This document shows positions 1 to 9,570 of a DNA stretch of 64,000 bases, piece by piece; position 1 is the stretch's first letter, and every line of letters begins with the position of its first letter. The notes under the pieces are model-generated. The model worked only from the letters and a program-made list of their open reading frames with translations, was not told the origin of the DNA and ran no database searches. The DNA is taken from the NCBI GenBank assembly GCA_015494075.1, contig WGBX01000079.1, positions 1,911-65,910 of the forward strand, in the 5' to 3' direction. This DNA comes from Flavobacteriaceae bacterium. Its GTDB lineage: Bacteria; Bacteroidota; Bacteroidia; Flavobacteriales; Flavobacteriaceae. Position numbers and translations under genes: made by a program.

Positions 1-2
1 AG

Positions 3-716
3 ACATTAGCAGATCCAAATGTAATTTATATGTATGCTTTTGCTGATGCTTATTTATCGCGAAAAATTCATAAAAATCAAAATCCGAAATCTTTGAATTT
101 GGAAATAGCTCAACATATTAATCAAGATATTAAAGACCAGCACTTTAAGAATAATTTACTAACCCGTTACTGCGATCAATATATTAGGAAACACCATATT
201 AAAAAGACCGATACCGTCATTAAAACCTATTTTAAAGGTATCAATAAGCCTAATTATCTAAACTACTGCAAGCAACTGATGCAAAGTAACCGGAAAACGG
301 AAAAAGGGGCTTCTTTTCCTGATTTAAAACTTATAGACAAACATCATCAAACAACACAAACAGCAAGCTTATTCAAACATAAAAAAGTATGTTTGAGTTT
401 TTGGGATTTGAAACAGCACAAAAATTTCATCTCTAATTTACGCAAACTACAGCAATACAAAAAAAACCATCCTAATATCATGTTTATTGTTATCAATATC
501 AATCAAGATAATTTTGAACAATGGGCTTTAGCAACACCTGACAATAAAGATATCAATTTTTACCGGCTGGTAAACCGGCAATCTTGGCAAGACATCCGCC
601 CCTTTCACCTCTCACAAGTATATTTAATAGACAATGGTATTATTAAGGCCTCACGGAAAAACATGTATCAACCAAATTTCAATGAAACTTTAAAAGCATT
701 TGCAGATGAAAAATAA
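3..716 (+). CDS. Hypothetical protein with C-terminal thioredoxin-fold (TlpA/AhpC-TSA-like) domain lacking CXXC; 5' end probably outside window
   Basis: The frame is open from base 3, with no stop before the ATG at 30, so the gene is likely 5'-truncated. KKVCLSFWDLKQHKNF...IMFIVININQD...VYLIDNGIIK has the layout of TlpA-like oxidoreductases. The usual W-C-x-x-C position reads L-K-Q-H-K. Confidence 0.4.
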   Translation, partial: TLADPNVIYMYAFADAYLSRKIHKNQNPKSLNLEIAQHINQDIKDQHFKNNLLTRYCDQYIRKHHIKKTDTVIKTYFKGINKPNYLNYCKQLMQSNRKTEKGASFPDLKLIDKHHQTTQTASLFKHKKVCLSFWDLKQHKNFISNLRKLQQYKKNHPNIMFIVININQDNFEQWALATPDNKDINFYRLVNRQSWQDIRPFHLSQVYLIDNGIIKASRKNMYQPNFNETLKAFADEK

Positions 717-808
717 TTAAATACTTCTGTAACTTTTTTAGTAAATTTACGTAATACTTAAACAGAGTTATAGATCTCTATTTAATTAATTGTAAAAAAA
801 TAAAATCA

Positions 809-1729
809 ATGGCCTATATAGATTATTATAAAATATTAGGAGTAGACAAAAATGCCAGCGAAAGCGATATAAAAAAAGCTTATCGCAAACTGGCACGTAA
901 ATACCATCCGGATTTAAATCCCGGTGATAAAGAAGCCGAGAAAAAATTTAAAGAAATTAATGAAGCTAATGAAGTTTTAAGTAATCCGGAAAATCGAAAA
1001 AAATATGATAAATACGGTGAGCATTGGCAACACGCTGATGAAATAGAAAAGCAACGTGCACAACAACAAGCTTATAGCGGTGCTGGTGCCGGTGGATATG
1101 ACTTTTCCGGTTTTGGAGGTTTTGGCGGTGGCGGCTATGATGAAAGTGATTTTTCCGATTTCTTTCAATCAATGTTTGGTGGCGGGTATGCTCGTGGTGA
1201 AAGTCGTCGAAATATCAAATATAAAGGGCAAGATATACAAGCCCAATTACACTTAAACTTACGCGACGTTTATACCACTCAAAAACATACTATCAACGTT
1301 AACGGTAAAAAAATACGTATAACCATACCTGCCGGTGTCAAAGACGGACAAACCATTCGTGTAAAAGGATTAGGTGGTCCCGGTATAAATGGCGGCCCTA
1401 ACGGCGACTTATATATTACCTTTGCCATAGACAATGACACTAAATTTAAACGTGTTGGAGATGACCTATATACCAAAGCCGATATCGACTTATATACTGC
1501 TGTATTAGGTGGTGAAACTATGGTAGATACTATGAATGGTAAGGTAAAACTAAAAGTAAAACCCGGGACGCAATGCGGCACTAAAGTCCGTTTAAAAGGT
1601 AAAGGCTTTCCCGTTTATAAGCAAGAAGGTAAATATGGTGATTTATATGTTACTTTTAATGTTAAAATTCCAACTAACTTGACCGAAAAACAAAAGGAAC
1701 TATTTGAACAATTGGCTAAACTTAAATAA
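809..1729 (+). CDS. cbpA: Curved-DNA-binding protein CbpA / class II DnaJ co-chaperone
   Basis: J domain with HPD ([17 protein letters not shown]), Gly/Phe-rich linker ([17 protein letters not shown]) and two C-terminal substrate-binding domains. There is no CxxCxGxG zinc finger. Confidence 0.85.
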   Translation: MAYIDYYKILGVDKNASESDIKKAYRKLARKYHPDLNPGDKEAEKKFKEINEANEVLSNPENRKKYDKYGEHWQHADEIEKQRAQQQAYSGAGAGGYDFSGFGGFGGGGYDESDFSDFFQSMFGGGYARGESRRNIKYKGQDIQAQLHLNLRDVYTTQKHTINVNGKKIRITIPAGVKDGQTIRVKGLGGPGINGGPNGDLYITFAIDNDTKFKRVGDDLYTKADIDLYTAVLGGETMVDTMNGKVKLKVKPGTQCGTKVRLKGKGFPVYKQEGKYGDLYVTFNVKIPTNLTEKQKELFEQLAKLK

Positions 1730-1730
1730 A

Positions 1731-2018
1731 ATGACAAAAGAATATATATCCATTCATAAATTGTGTGAAAGTTATCAAATTCCGAATTCTTTTTTTCAAG
1801 AATTACAAGAATTTGATTTAATTCCGGTCTATAAAGAAGCCGAAGAACCCATGATTGAAGCCTCAGCTATACCGCAAGTCGAAAAAATAATGCGGCTTCA
1901 TTTTGATTTAAACATCAATTTAGAAGGTATTGATGTGATTATTAATTTACTTCAACAAATAGAAACATTGCAAGAAGAAATTACTCAACTTAAAAGACGG
2001 TTGAGTTTATATGAATAG
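1731..2018 (+). CDS. cbpM: Chaperone-modulator CbpM-like protein (MerR-type HTH)
   Basis: The ATG at 1731 lies 1 nt after the cbpA stop. The longer ORF from 1704 would overlap cbpA. About 95 aa, with an N-terminal HTH-like segment and a C-terminal coiled coil (LQQIETLQEEITQLKRRL). Position is that of the usual cbpA partner. Confidence 0.6.
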   Translation: MTKEYISIHKLCESYQIPNSFFQELQEFDLIPVYKEAEEPMIEASAIPQVEKIMRLHFDLNINLEGIDVIINLLQQIETLQEEITQLKRRLSLYE

Positions 2019-2030
2019 CGTTATAAATAA

Positions 2031-2080
2031 AACAACAAACAGCGGGACTTAACAGTAATTAAGTCCCGCTGTTTGTTGTT
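2031..2080. terminator. Bidirectional hairpin terminator between convergent cbpM and iorB
   Basis: Perfect 22-bp inverted repeat AACAACAAACAGCGGGACTTAA / TTAAGTCCCGCTGTTTGTTGTT with loop CAGTAA. It is flanked by A-rich and T-rich sequence and abuts the iorB stop codon at 2081. Confidence 0.8.
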
Positions 2081-2665
2081 TTAAACAATTTCAGCCGATA
2101 CAGCTTTCTTTCCTAAATCAAAAGCATCTAAATTCATTTGGACAATTCTGTCGCCTTTTCTTTTAAATAAGTCTGTGATAACTTTTTTAAGTAAGGTGTC
2201 ATCAAATGGTAATAAATCTGCAATGGCACCAACCATAACTATATTGGCAGCTCTAAAATTACCGGCTTTTTTGGCTAAACTACGCGCATCAACAATCCGA
2301 TGTTTTGAAAATTGTGCTATCTCGCTTTTAATAACATCCTCATCAGGATAATTAGAAACATTTTTAAACGGATTAAGATCTGTTACCAAGTAACCGTCTG
2401 GATGTAAATATGGTAAATATCGCAAAAGTTCCATAGGCTCAACCGATAAAATAATATCGGCCTTAGTCTTAGGTATTAAATCAGAATAAACAGGACCATC
2501 TGAAATGCGTACATGTGACTGTACAGCACCGCCACGCTGGCTCATTCCATGAACTTCCGACTGCTTGACATTAAATCCACTATGAAGAGCTGCCATATCA
2601 AGAATAGCAGAAATAGTTAAAATTCCTTGGCCGCCGACACCGGCAATAATAATATCTTTTTTCAT
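2081..2665 (-). CDS. iorB: Indolepyruvate:ferredoxin oxidoreductase subunit beta (IorB)
   Basis: IIIAGVGGQGILT ... HGMSQRGGAV motifs of the gamma/IorB-type subunit of 2-oxoacid:ferredoxin oxidoreductases. It lies 20 nt downstream of iorA. Confidence 0.8.
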   Translation of the reverse strand: MKKDIIIAGVGGQGILTISAILDMAALHSGFNVKQSEVHGMSQRGGAVQSHVRISDGPVYSDLIPKTKADIILSVEPMELLRYLPYLHPDGYLVTDLNPFKNVSNYPDEDVIKSEIAQFSKHRIVDARSLAKKAGNFRAANIVMVGAIADLLPFDDTLLKKVITDLFKRKGDRIVQMNLDAFDLGKKAVSAEIV

Positions 2666-2685
2666 TTAAGTAGAAGTTTATAAAA

Positions 2686-4308
2686 TTAATAACTGGGTTC
2701 AAACGTGTTAAATTTTCTGGCTAAATCTTTTTTCTCATTTGACATCGTCACACAAGGTCTTTGAGCAATTATTAAAGAAACACCGGGATAATTTACTTCC
2801 TCTTTAATAATTTCAACATTTTTATCATGATATTTTTTCAATGGAATAATAACTTTTATATGGGCTTCTTCAACACCTAAACCTTTGGCTATATCATACA
2901 AACGTCCCATAGCTGCAGATGGTTGTGCGCCGGTCATAGCTACGGCTGAGTTGTCTGAAATAATAACTGTTATTGGCGATTTGTCCCAAACGGCACTTAA
3001 CAAACCTGTCATTCCGGAATGGGTAAAAGTGGAATCGCCAATAACTGCTATTGCAGGTTTCAGGCCGGCATCGGCAGCGCCCTTTGCCATAGGAATAGAT
3101 GCACCCATATCTATAAGAGTGTCTATACTATTATAAGGCTCTAAAACGCCTAAGGAATAACAGCCAATATCAGAAAAAACACGTTTTTCTCCTATTTGAG
3201 GAATCAATTCATTAAGTTCTTCATACAAATCAATATGTCCACAACCGGGACAAAGTTGTGGTGGTCTTGCCACGACAACTTCAGGAATAGTCTCATCCAA
3301 TTGACTTTCCAAGCCTAAGGCATAAGCCACAATATTTGGATTAAGTTCGCCAGTGCGCGGAATTGCGCCTGTTAATCGACCAATTACTTTTTGTTCGCGT
3401 CCTAGATAATCCCCAATCATTTCTTCAATAAAAGGATAACCGTCTTCTAATACTAAAATTTTATCAACACGGTCAAACATTTTGCGCACATGCTCTTTTG
3501 GCAACGGGTAATGAGATACTTTTAAAACATCATAAGGTATTTTATCCGGAAAGTTTTCCAAAAGATAATTAATAGCAATACCGGAGGCTATAATTCCCAA
3601 AGATTGATCTGTTCCTTCTTTATACCAATTCCATTTTGAAGCTTCTGCCAGCTCAGCTAAATATTTTTGTTTCTCAATGAGTTGACGATATTGTTTCTTT
3701 GCAAATGAAGGAATTAATGCAAAACGCTTGGTGTCATCCAGTATATGCAAATTATTTTGATGTAGAGAGGGGCGTGTTTTGACATTAGCTCTTGAATGCG
3801 ATAAGCGCGTTACTGACCTAAACAAAACCGGCAATTGTGTTTTTTCAGATAAAGCAAAAGCATCAGCCATCATATCATATGCTTCTTGCTGGCTAGACGG
3901 CTCAAAAATGGGCAACATGGCAAATTTACCATAAAACCGGCTATCTTGTTCATTCTGAGATGAATGCTGAGAAGGATCATCTGCCACAACAACTATCAAG
4001 CCACCGTTAATGCCCGAAATAGCCATATTTATAAAAGCATCAGCTGCAACATTTAAACCTACGTGTTTCATGGTAACCATAGATCGTTTTCCGGCATAAG
4101 ACATGCCTAATGCTTCTTCCATAGCTACTTTTTCATTTGGCGCCCAATGTGCTTTTATAATATTTTGCTTAGCCTCAGGACTTTTGATGATATATTCAAT
4201 AATTTCTGTTGAAGGCGTTCCCGGATAGCCATAAGCACCTGATAAACCGGCATCTATAGCACCTTGAGCAATTGCTTCATTGCCTAATAATATTTTTTGC
4301 ATAAACAT
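2686..4308 (-). CDS. iorA: Indolepyruvate:ferredoxin oxidoreductase subunit alpha (IorA)
   Basis: TPP-dependent 2-oxoacid:ferredoxin oxidoreductase layout, with LCPGCGH and GDSTFTHSG(M) motifs. The true start may be the Met at 4302 (MQKILLGNEA). Confidence 0.85.
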   Translation of the reverse strand: MFMQKILLGNEAIAQGAIDAGLSGAYGYPGTPSTEIIEYIIKSPEAKQNIIKAHWAPNEKVAMEEALGMSYAGKRSMVTMKHVGLNVAADAFINMAISGINGGLIVVVADDPSQHSSQNEQDSRFYGKFAMLPIFEPSSQQEAYDMMADAFALSEKTQLPVLFRSVTRLSHSRANVKTRPSLHQNNLHILDDTKRFALIPSFAKKQYRQLIEKQKYLAELAEASKWNWYKEGTDQSLGIIASGIAINYLLENFPDKIPYDVLKVSHYPLPKEHVRKMFDRVDKILVLEDGYPFIEEMIGDYLGREQKVIGRLTGAIPRTGELNPNIVAYALGLESQLDETIPEVVVARPPQLCPGCGHIDLYEELNELIPQIGEKRVFSDIGCYSLGVLEPYNSIDTLIDMGASIPMAKGAADAGLKPAIAVIGDSTFTHSGMTGLLSAVWDKSPITVIISDNSAVAMTGAQPSAAMGRLYDIAKGLGVEEAHIKVIIPLKKYHDKNVEIIKEEVNYPGVSLIIAQRPCVTMSNEKKDLARKFNTFEPSY

Positions 4309-4340
4309 GATTTTTTTAATAGATCGTTGCTTAAAGATAT

Positions 4341-4369
4341 AAAAAAAATGCCATTTTACAATGACATTT
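4341..4369 (-). terminator. Intrinsic terminator after the hotdog-fold gene
   Basis: Minus strand reads AATGTCATT-GTAA-AATGGCATT (9-bp stem with one G.U) followed by TTTTTT. It lies 44 nt past the stop at 4413. Confidence 0.6.
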
Positions 4370-4412
4370 CACACATTTTATAGCTTTATAAAACAAAATT
4401 TCGTCTAAAAAA

Positions 4413-4868
4413 TCAGGGTTTTAATTTGATACTCCATTGAAATACAAAAGTGCAAACCAAATCGTCTGCATCGTCATAAGCTCGTGAAGTTAATTCAAAC
4501 TGAACACCCTCACCACTATGTACTGCTTGTTGTATCTGCGTATCAATTTTATCACCTTCATCGCAGATAAAACGAATATGACCTTTTGCTTTTTTGGTAA
4601 ATTCACCGTGAGTCCCCGTAACCAACATTGAGAATTTATAACCGCTATCTTGAATTTTCTTCATAACTAAAATTCCCGTAGAAAGTTCGGCACCCATAGC
4701 CAAGACAGCAAAATACATCGAATTAAATGGATTTTGATTAATCCAACGATGTTTGGCTGTTATTGTAGCTTGCTTATCACTAATGTTTTTTACCCGAATG
4801 CCACTAATCCAAGCACTGGGTAATTTGAATAATAAAAAACGGTTAATGTGAGAAGGGGTAAATTTCAT
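4413..4868 (-). CDS. DUF4442-like hotdog-fold protein (possible acyl-CoA thioesterase)
   Basis: About 150 aa. The pattern RFLLFKLPSAWISGIRV ... NPFNSMYFAVLAMGAELSTG resembles what I recall of the DUF4442/PaaI-like hotdog family. The assignment is from memory only. Confidence 0.45.
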   Translation of the reverse strand: MKFTPSHINRFLLFKLPSAWISGIRVKNISDKQATITAKHRWINQNPFNSMYFAVLAMGAELSTGILVMKKIQDSGYKFSMLVTGTHGEFTKKAKGHIRFICDEGDKIDTQIQQAVHSGEGVQFELTSRAYDDADDLVCTFVFQWSIKLKP

Positions 4869-5010
4869 AAGTTATATTTTAGGTAAAAATAAACTTTATT
4901 TCTCTAAATAAAAAGAGAAAACCTATTGTTTATAAATTTATAAAATTGACTTACATAAATTTTTTTCATAAAAATATTTAGTACCTTGTTATACATAATA
5001 CTATTTATTG

Positions 5011-5018
5011 TATATTTG
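5011..5018 (+). promoter_or_regulatory. Candidate -7 promoter box (TATATTTG) for the DUF4870-padR-pspC operon
   Basis: Exact match to the Bacteroidota sigma-A -7 consensus TAnnTTTG. It lies 60 nt upstream of the ATG at 5079. Confidence 0.45.
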
Positions 5019-5078
5019 CAGGTGTAACAAAGTAGATTTATTATCGTTCTAGATATAACAACTTCAAAAACTCATATT

Positions 5079-5531
5079 ATGGAAACTTTAAAACCGGTAG
5101 AACAATCCTTAAAACCAAATGAAACTTCTCATTCGGTTATCATTCACTTAAGTGCTCTGTCAGGCTATATAGGTCTGCCTTTAGGCAGCATCTTAGGCCC
5201 TTTAATTACTTGGCTTATTTGGCGAAATGATAGTACTTTTACAGATAAAAACGGTAAAGAAGCTTTAAATTTTAATTTAAGTCTGTTGCTATATCAATTT
5301 GCAGGCATAATTTTAGGTGCCGTTTTATTTATAACACCATTTATTAACATGGCTACTGCCGAAACACCAAATCCTGTTAATGTAATTTTATCAATACCCG
5401 GATTATGGATTTTTATTGGTGGTTTTGGTTTAATTAGTCTTTACAGGCTCATTATGGTTATCATTGCTGCCATAAAAGCCGGTAATGGCGAAGTTTTTCA
5501 TTACCCTTTAACCATTCGATTTTTGAAATAA
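5079..5531 (+). CDS. DUF4870-like small membrane protein
   Basis: Multi-pass membrane protein. The segment NGKEALNFNLSLLLYQ between hydrophobic helices is typical of DUF4870. Confidence 0.5.
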   Translation: METLKPVEQSLKPNETSHSVIIHLSALSGYIGLPLGSILGPLITWLIWRNDSTFTDKNGKEALNFNLSLLLYQFAGIILGAVLFITPFINMATAETPNPVNVILSIPGLWIFIGGFGLISLYRLIMVIIAAIKAGNGEVFHYPLTIRFLK

Positions 5532-5535
5532 TTTT

Positions 5536-5898
5536 ATGAAAATAGAAAAAATCAAATCACAAATGCGGAAAGGCGTGTTAGAATATTGCATTCTTACAGT
5601 TTTAAATCAAAAGGATGCTGCCTATACTTCTGATATTTTACAAGAACTAAAAAATGCTAAGATGATCGTTGTAGAAGGTACGGTGTATCCATTATTAACG
5701 CGTCTAAAAAATGCCGGCTATTTAACCTATAAATGGGAAGAGTCATCTGCCGGACCTCCGCGAAAATATTACAATTTGACTGAAAAGGGACGTCAATTAT
5801 TAGAGCTAATGGATCAGTCATGGGCCGAATTGGTCAATGCTGTCAACCTTATTAATCAAAAAAATCTCCAAATTGAAAAAAATGAAAAAAACTATTGA
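5536..5898 (+). CDS. PadR family transcriptional regulator
   Basis: Winged-helix signature LEYCILTVL...YTSDILQEL...EGTVYPLLTRLKNAGYLTYKWEES...PRKYYNLTEKG. Confidence 0.85.
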   Translation: MKIEKIKSQMRKGVLEYCILTVLNQKDAAYTSDILQELKNAKMIVVEGTVYPLLTRLKNAGYLTYKWEESSAGPPRKYYNLTEKGRQLLELMDQSWAELVNAVNLINQKNLQIEKNEKNY

Positions 5899-7513
5899 TG
5901 TAAGTTTAGCAGGTTTGTTATTTCATTTAGATGAACCGGCTTATCATAAATTAAAAAAGTACCTGAATGCAGTAAGGCGCACCATACCACAAAATAACGA
6001 GGCTGATGAAGTATTACATGAGGTTGAAGCTCGTATTGCCGAATTGTTTCTTGAAAAACAACAAAATCCACAACAAGTAATCAATGAAAAAAATGTAGAT
6101 GAGGTTATCAGTATTTTAGGGCAGCCCGAAGATTTTGAAGAAGAAATTGATTTGGAAAATGACACTAAATACCCACAAATTAAAAAGGCGTTGTTTAAGG
6201 ATCCTGATAGAGCCATGATTGCAGGAGTAGCAGCAGGATTAGCTCATTATCTGGGCATGGATGTTACTTTAATGCGTATTATATTTGTTATTCTTTTATT
6301 TGTTACACATGGTACTTTCATACTCATTTACCTATTGTTATGGATTATTATGCCCAAAGCTAAAACAGCTGCCGATAAATTACGTATGAAAGGTGAACAG
6401 GCAAATCTAGATAATATTGTAGACCAAATAACTGCTGAGGATTCCATTAAAAAAAAAGTACAAATCGGTGAAACAATAGAATCTACAGGAGCACAAGTTG
6501 GAAAAATTTTAGTGAAATTTATAGGTTTGCTCATTGTCATAAGTACAGGCACATTACTTATTGGTATATTACTAACTGCCGTTAACGCATCTACATTTTC
6601 AGGTCTAAATTTAATGATGCATCATACTGCAATGCCTCAATTGTTTCAAATTCCGATAGGAATGCTCAGTTTATTACTTTTCATAGTTATAGGCTTTCCT
6701 ATAGCATTTATATTTTTATTAGGATTTAAAATGCTGGTTCCCAATGCCAATACACTTCATAAAAACACACTGATTATAAGTGGTACCATTTGGCTATTGA
6801 GTCTCGTTTACTTATCATCTCAACTTACACATTTTTTCAATATAAAAAATAGCCGTGTTGATAGACAATTAACTGCCATACAATGGCAACCTCATAAAGA
6901 TACTTTAAAGGTGCAATTATTACAATCAATGATACAACAAACCAATGTCATAAAAACTAATGCTGTAAAATTTCATTTTGAACCTTCAAATGACAGTTTG
7001 ATACATCTGAAAATTTGGGGAGCCTCAGAAGGAAAAACTAAAAAAAATGCCATTAAAAATGTTCATCAAATAAAATTTGCCTTTGAGGTTGATAGTTTAA
7101 ATAACAAAATTTCAGTAGCTAAGCAGTTATATTTTCCACATAATAAATGGTTACACAAACATCAATTAGAAGTTTTTATCGCTATCCCACCCAATCAAAT
7201 TGTCCAAATTGATCCTGATATTGCACAACGAAGTGTTGCTGGTGAAGAATATGGCCCGTTATTGATTAGTTTTAAAGATAATAAAATGACTTGTATAGAG
7301 CAACTTCCTATTGTAACTTTATCTGACGAATTTGAACTGGATACTGATGGTGTACACTTGCAGTTTAACAACGACGGATTGCAAATTATAGCTAATGACG
7401 GTAATGAACAGGCCGAAATCAAAATAGATAATAATGGAGTTAAAGTCAAAACAGTTGATCATGCAGAAAAAAATTATTCAAAACAAGATAGTATCACAAA
7501 TAAAAAACCATAA
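5882..7513 (+). CDS. PspC domain-containing membrane protein with long C-terminal extracytoplasmic region
   Basis: PspC motif DRAMIAGVAAGLAHYLGMDVTLMRIIFVILLF is followed by several TM helices and a beta-rich C-terminal domain. The start is taken at the in-frame ATG 5882 (MKKTIDV), overlapping the padR end by 17 nt. Confidence 0.8.
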   Translation: MKKTIDVSLAGLLFHLDEPAYHKLKKYLNAVRRTIPQNNEADEVLHEVEARIAELFLEKQQNPQQVINEKNVDEVISILGQPEDFEEEIDLENDTKYPQIKKALFKDPDRAMIAGVAAGLAHYLGMDVTLMRIIFVILLFVTHGTFILIYLLLWIIMPKAKTAADKLRMKGEQANLDNIVDQITAEDSIKKKVQIGETIESTGAQVGKILVKFIGLLIVISTGTLLIGILLTAVNASTFSGLNLMMHHTAMPQLFQIPIGMLSLLLFIVIGFPIAFIFLLGFKMLVPNANTLHKNTLIISGTIWLLSLVYLSSQLTHFFNIKNSRVDRQLTAIQWQPHKDTLKVQLLQSMIQQTNVIKTNAVKFHFEPSNDSLIHLKIWGASEGKTKKNAIKNVHQIKFAFEVDSLNNKISVAKQLYFPHNKWLHKHQLEVFIAIPPNQIVQIDPDIAQRSVAGEEYGPLLISFKDNKMTCIEQLPIVTLSDEFELDTDGVHLQFNNDGLQIIANDGNEQAEIKIDNNGVKVKTVDHAEKNYSKQDSITNKKP

Positions 7514-7549
7514 TAATTTCCATCGATTACAACAATAAAAAAATAACAA

Positions 7550-7867
7550 ATGAAAAACTATAGCAATTTTATAACAGGGACGTTTTTAGTCATATTAGGC
7601 TTATTACTTTTAATGAGAAATCTTAATTTACTTGATTTTGACATTATGGATATTTTTAGGCTATGGCCACTAGCCTTAGTTTATGCCGGAGTTGAAATGT
7701 TACCTGTCGAGCCAAAACTTAAAATGTATTTACAAATAGGCGTAATCATTCTATTTTTTATTGCGCTCATCAGTTTACCTCTGTTAAGACAACAACAGGT
7801 AGGAATACTAGACTATTATGAACAAACCGGCATAGAGCTGTCAGGCAGAATTTCAAATTTAGGTTAA
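7550..7867 (+). CDS. Small membrane protein, LiaI/LiaF-TM-like (DUF5668-like)
   Basis: 105 aa with hydrophobic helices. FLVILGLLLLMRNLNLL and WPLALVYAGVEML resemble the LiaF-type N-terminal membrane module. It is the last gene of the PadR-PspC cluster. Confidence 0.4.
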   Translation: MKNYSNFITGTFLVILGLLLLMRNLNLLDFDIMDIFRLWPLALVYAGVEMLPVEPKLKMYLQIGVIILFFIALISLPLLRQQQVGILDYYEQTGIELSGRISNLG

Positions 7868-7881
7868 AGCTAAAAAATCAG

Positions 7882-7889
7882 TATCTTTG
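7882..7889 (+). promoter_or_regulatory. Candidate -7 promoter box (TATCTTTG) for recN
   Basis: TAnnTTTG match 23 nt upstream of the ATG at 7913. Confidence 0.45.
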
Positions 7890-7912
7890 TAGTATAATAT
7901 AGACCTATAGTT

Positions 7913-9568
7913 ATGCTGCAAAATTTATATATTAAAAATTATGCATTAATTGATAAAATAAACCTGGATTTTGGTCCGGGTTTAAGCATTATTACAGGTG
8001 AAACCGGAGCCGGAAAATCTATTTTGTTAGGTGGCTTAGAATTAATAAGAGGCAAACGTAGTCAGCAGGGATTGCTTAAAAATATACAACAAAAAAGTAT
8101 CGTTGAAGCAACTTTTGATTTGGAAAAATATGCTTTACAAAACCTCTTTGAAGCAGAAGACTTGGACTATGATACTGAAAGTATTATAAGAAGAGAGTTG
8201 TTGCCTAACGGCAAATCACGAGCTTTTGTAAACGACTCTCCTGCCCGTTTGGATAGTTTGGCTAAAATTACTCAAAAACTTCTTGATATACATTCTCAAC
8301 ATCAAACACTCGAATTAAATCAAAAAGAATTTCAATTTGAATTACTGGATGCTATTAGCGGTAATGAGCAATTAGTAAAGACTTATGCGCAAGATTATGA
8401 AAAATATCATCAACTAAAAAAAATACGGAATCAATTACAGCAAAAATTATCAGATGCTGAAAAAGAATTGGCCTATAAAAAGTATCAATTAGATGAATTG
8501 AATAGCCTTAATTTGGACAAACTGGATTTAGAAAGTTTAGAACAGAAAATAAAAAAAATTGACAATCAAGAACTTATAAAAGAAGTGCTGAGTACTAGCC
8601 TACAAAAATTAGATCAAGAAGAAACCGGTGTTTTAAGCAATTTGATCGATATAAAATTAAGCTTTCAAAAAATAAGCAGTTTAGATCCTAAATTTAAAGA
8701 TTTATCTGACAGATTAGAAAATATGCACTGGGAAATAAAAGACTTAATTGATGAGATTTATCCATTAGCAGAGCGTGAGGATTTTGATCAGGACAAACTT
8801 CAAAATTTACAAACACAATATGCAACAGTTAATAAATTGTTACTTAAACATCAGGTACTAACACTTGATGAACTTATAATGTTACGAAATCAACTACAAG
8901 CAGAAGTTACTGATTTATCATCATTAGAAGAGCAAATTGAAGAGAACAAAAGAAAATTGGAAAGTTATCACCAAAAATTGGAAACCAAAGCCCAAAAACT
9001 TCATAAAAACAGAGTCAAATCTATCGCTAAACTTATTTCTCAGATAGAAAATATTTTAAGTGAACTTTCCATGAACAATACACGACTTAAAATCGAATTA
9101 CAACAAACAAATACTTTTTATAACAATGGTTATGATCAGTTAGAATTTTTGATTTCATCGGATAAAGGACAAAGTTTTGGACCGCTAAAACGAATTGCCT
9201 CAGGTGGTGAGCTTTCGCGTTTAATGTTAGCCGTTAAAACCGTATTGTCAAAATATAAAAAACTTCCAACTATTATATTTGATGAAATAGATACCGGAAT
9301 ATCAGGTGAAGTGGCTCAAAATATGGGCGAAGTTTTGAAAAAATTGGCAGAAAACATGCAAGTAATCGTTATCACACATTTACCGCAAATAGCTGTTAAA
9401 GGAGATATCCATTATAAAGTATTCAAAACTGCAACACCTCAGGGTATATCCACCCATGTAACTAAACTCAATACCAATGAACGAATTATTGAGATTGCTC
9501 AAATGCTGGAAGGCAAATCACCTTCCGACTCGGCCTTACAACACGCCAAACATCTCTTAAATTTATAA
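7913..9568 (+). CDS. recN: DNA repair protein RecN
   Basis: N-terminal Walker A GETGAGKSIL, long coiled-coil middle region, and C-terminal SGGELSRLMLA signature with Walker B IIFDEIDTG. Confidence 0.95.
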   Translation: MLQNLYIKNYALIDKINLDFGPGLSIITGETGAGKSILLGGLELIRGKRSQQGLLKNIQQKSIVEATFDLEKYALQNLFEAEDLDYDTESIIRRELLPNGKSRAFVNDSPARLDSLAKITQKLLDIHSQHQTLELNQKEFQFELLDAISGNEQLVKTYAQDYEKYHQLKKIRNQLQQKLSDAEKELAYKKYQLDELNSLNLDKLDLESLEQKIKKIDNQELIKEVLSTSLQKLDQEETGVLSNLIDIKLSFQKISSLDPKFKDLSDRLENMHWEIKDLIDEIYPLAEREDFDQDKLQNLQTQYATVNKLLLKHQVLTLDELIMLRNQLQAEVTDLSSLEEQIEENKRKLESYHQKLETKAQKLHKNRVKSIAKLISQIENILSELSMNNTRLKIELQQTNTFYNNGYDQLEFLISSDKGQSFGPLKRIASGGELSRLMLAVKTVLSKYKKLPTIIFDEIDTGISGEVAQNMGEVLKKLAENMQVIVITHLPQIAVKGDIHYKVFKTATPQGISTHVTKLNTNERIIEIAQMLEGKSPSDSALQHAKHLLNL

Positions 9569-9570
9569 CA

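Noticed and set aside
1279-1581. 100-aa ORF antisense to cbpA. Similar antisense ORFs lie at 39537-39854 (ftcD), 42665-42979 (murA), 55759-56094 (porU), 2885-3136 (iorA) and 61008-61247.
   Set aside because: These are shadow ORFs inside well-conserved genes in an AT-rich genome. They have low-complexity or odd composition, no promoter box and no independent support.
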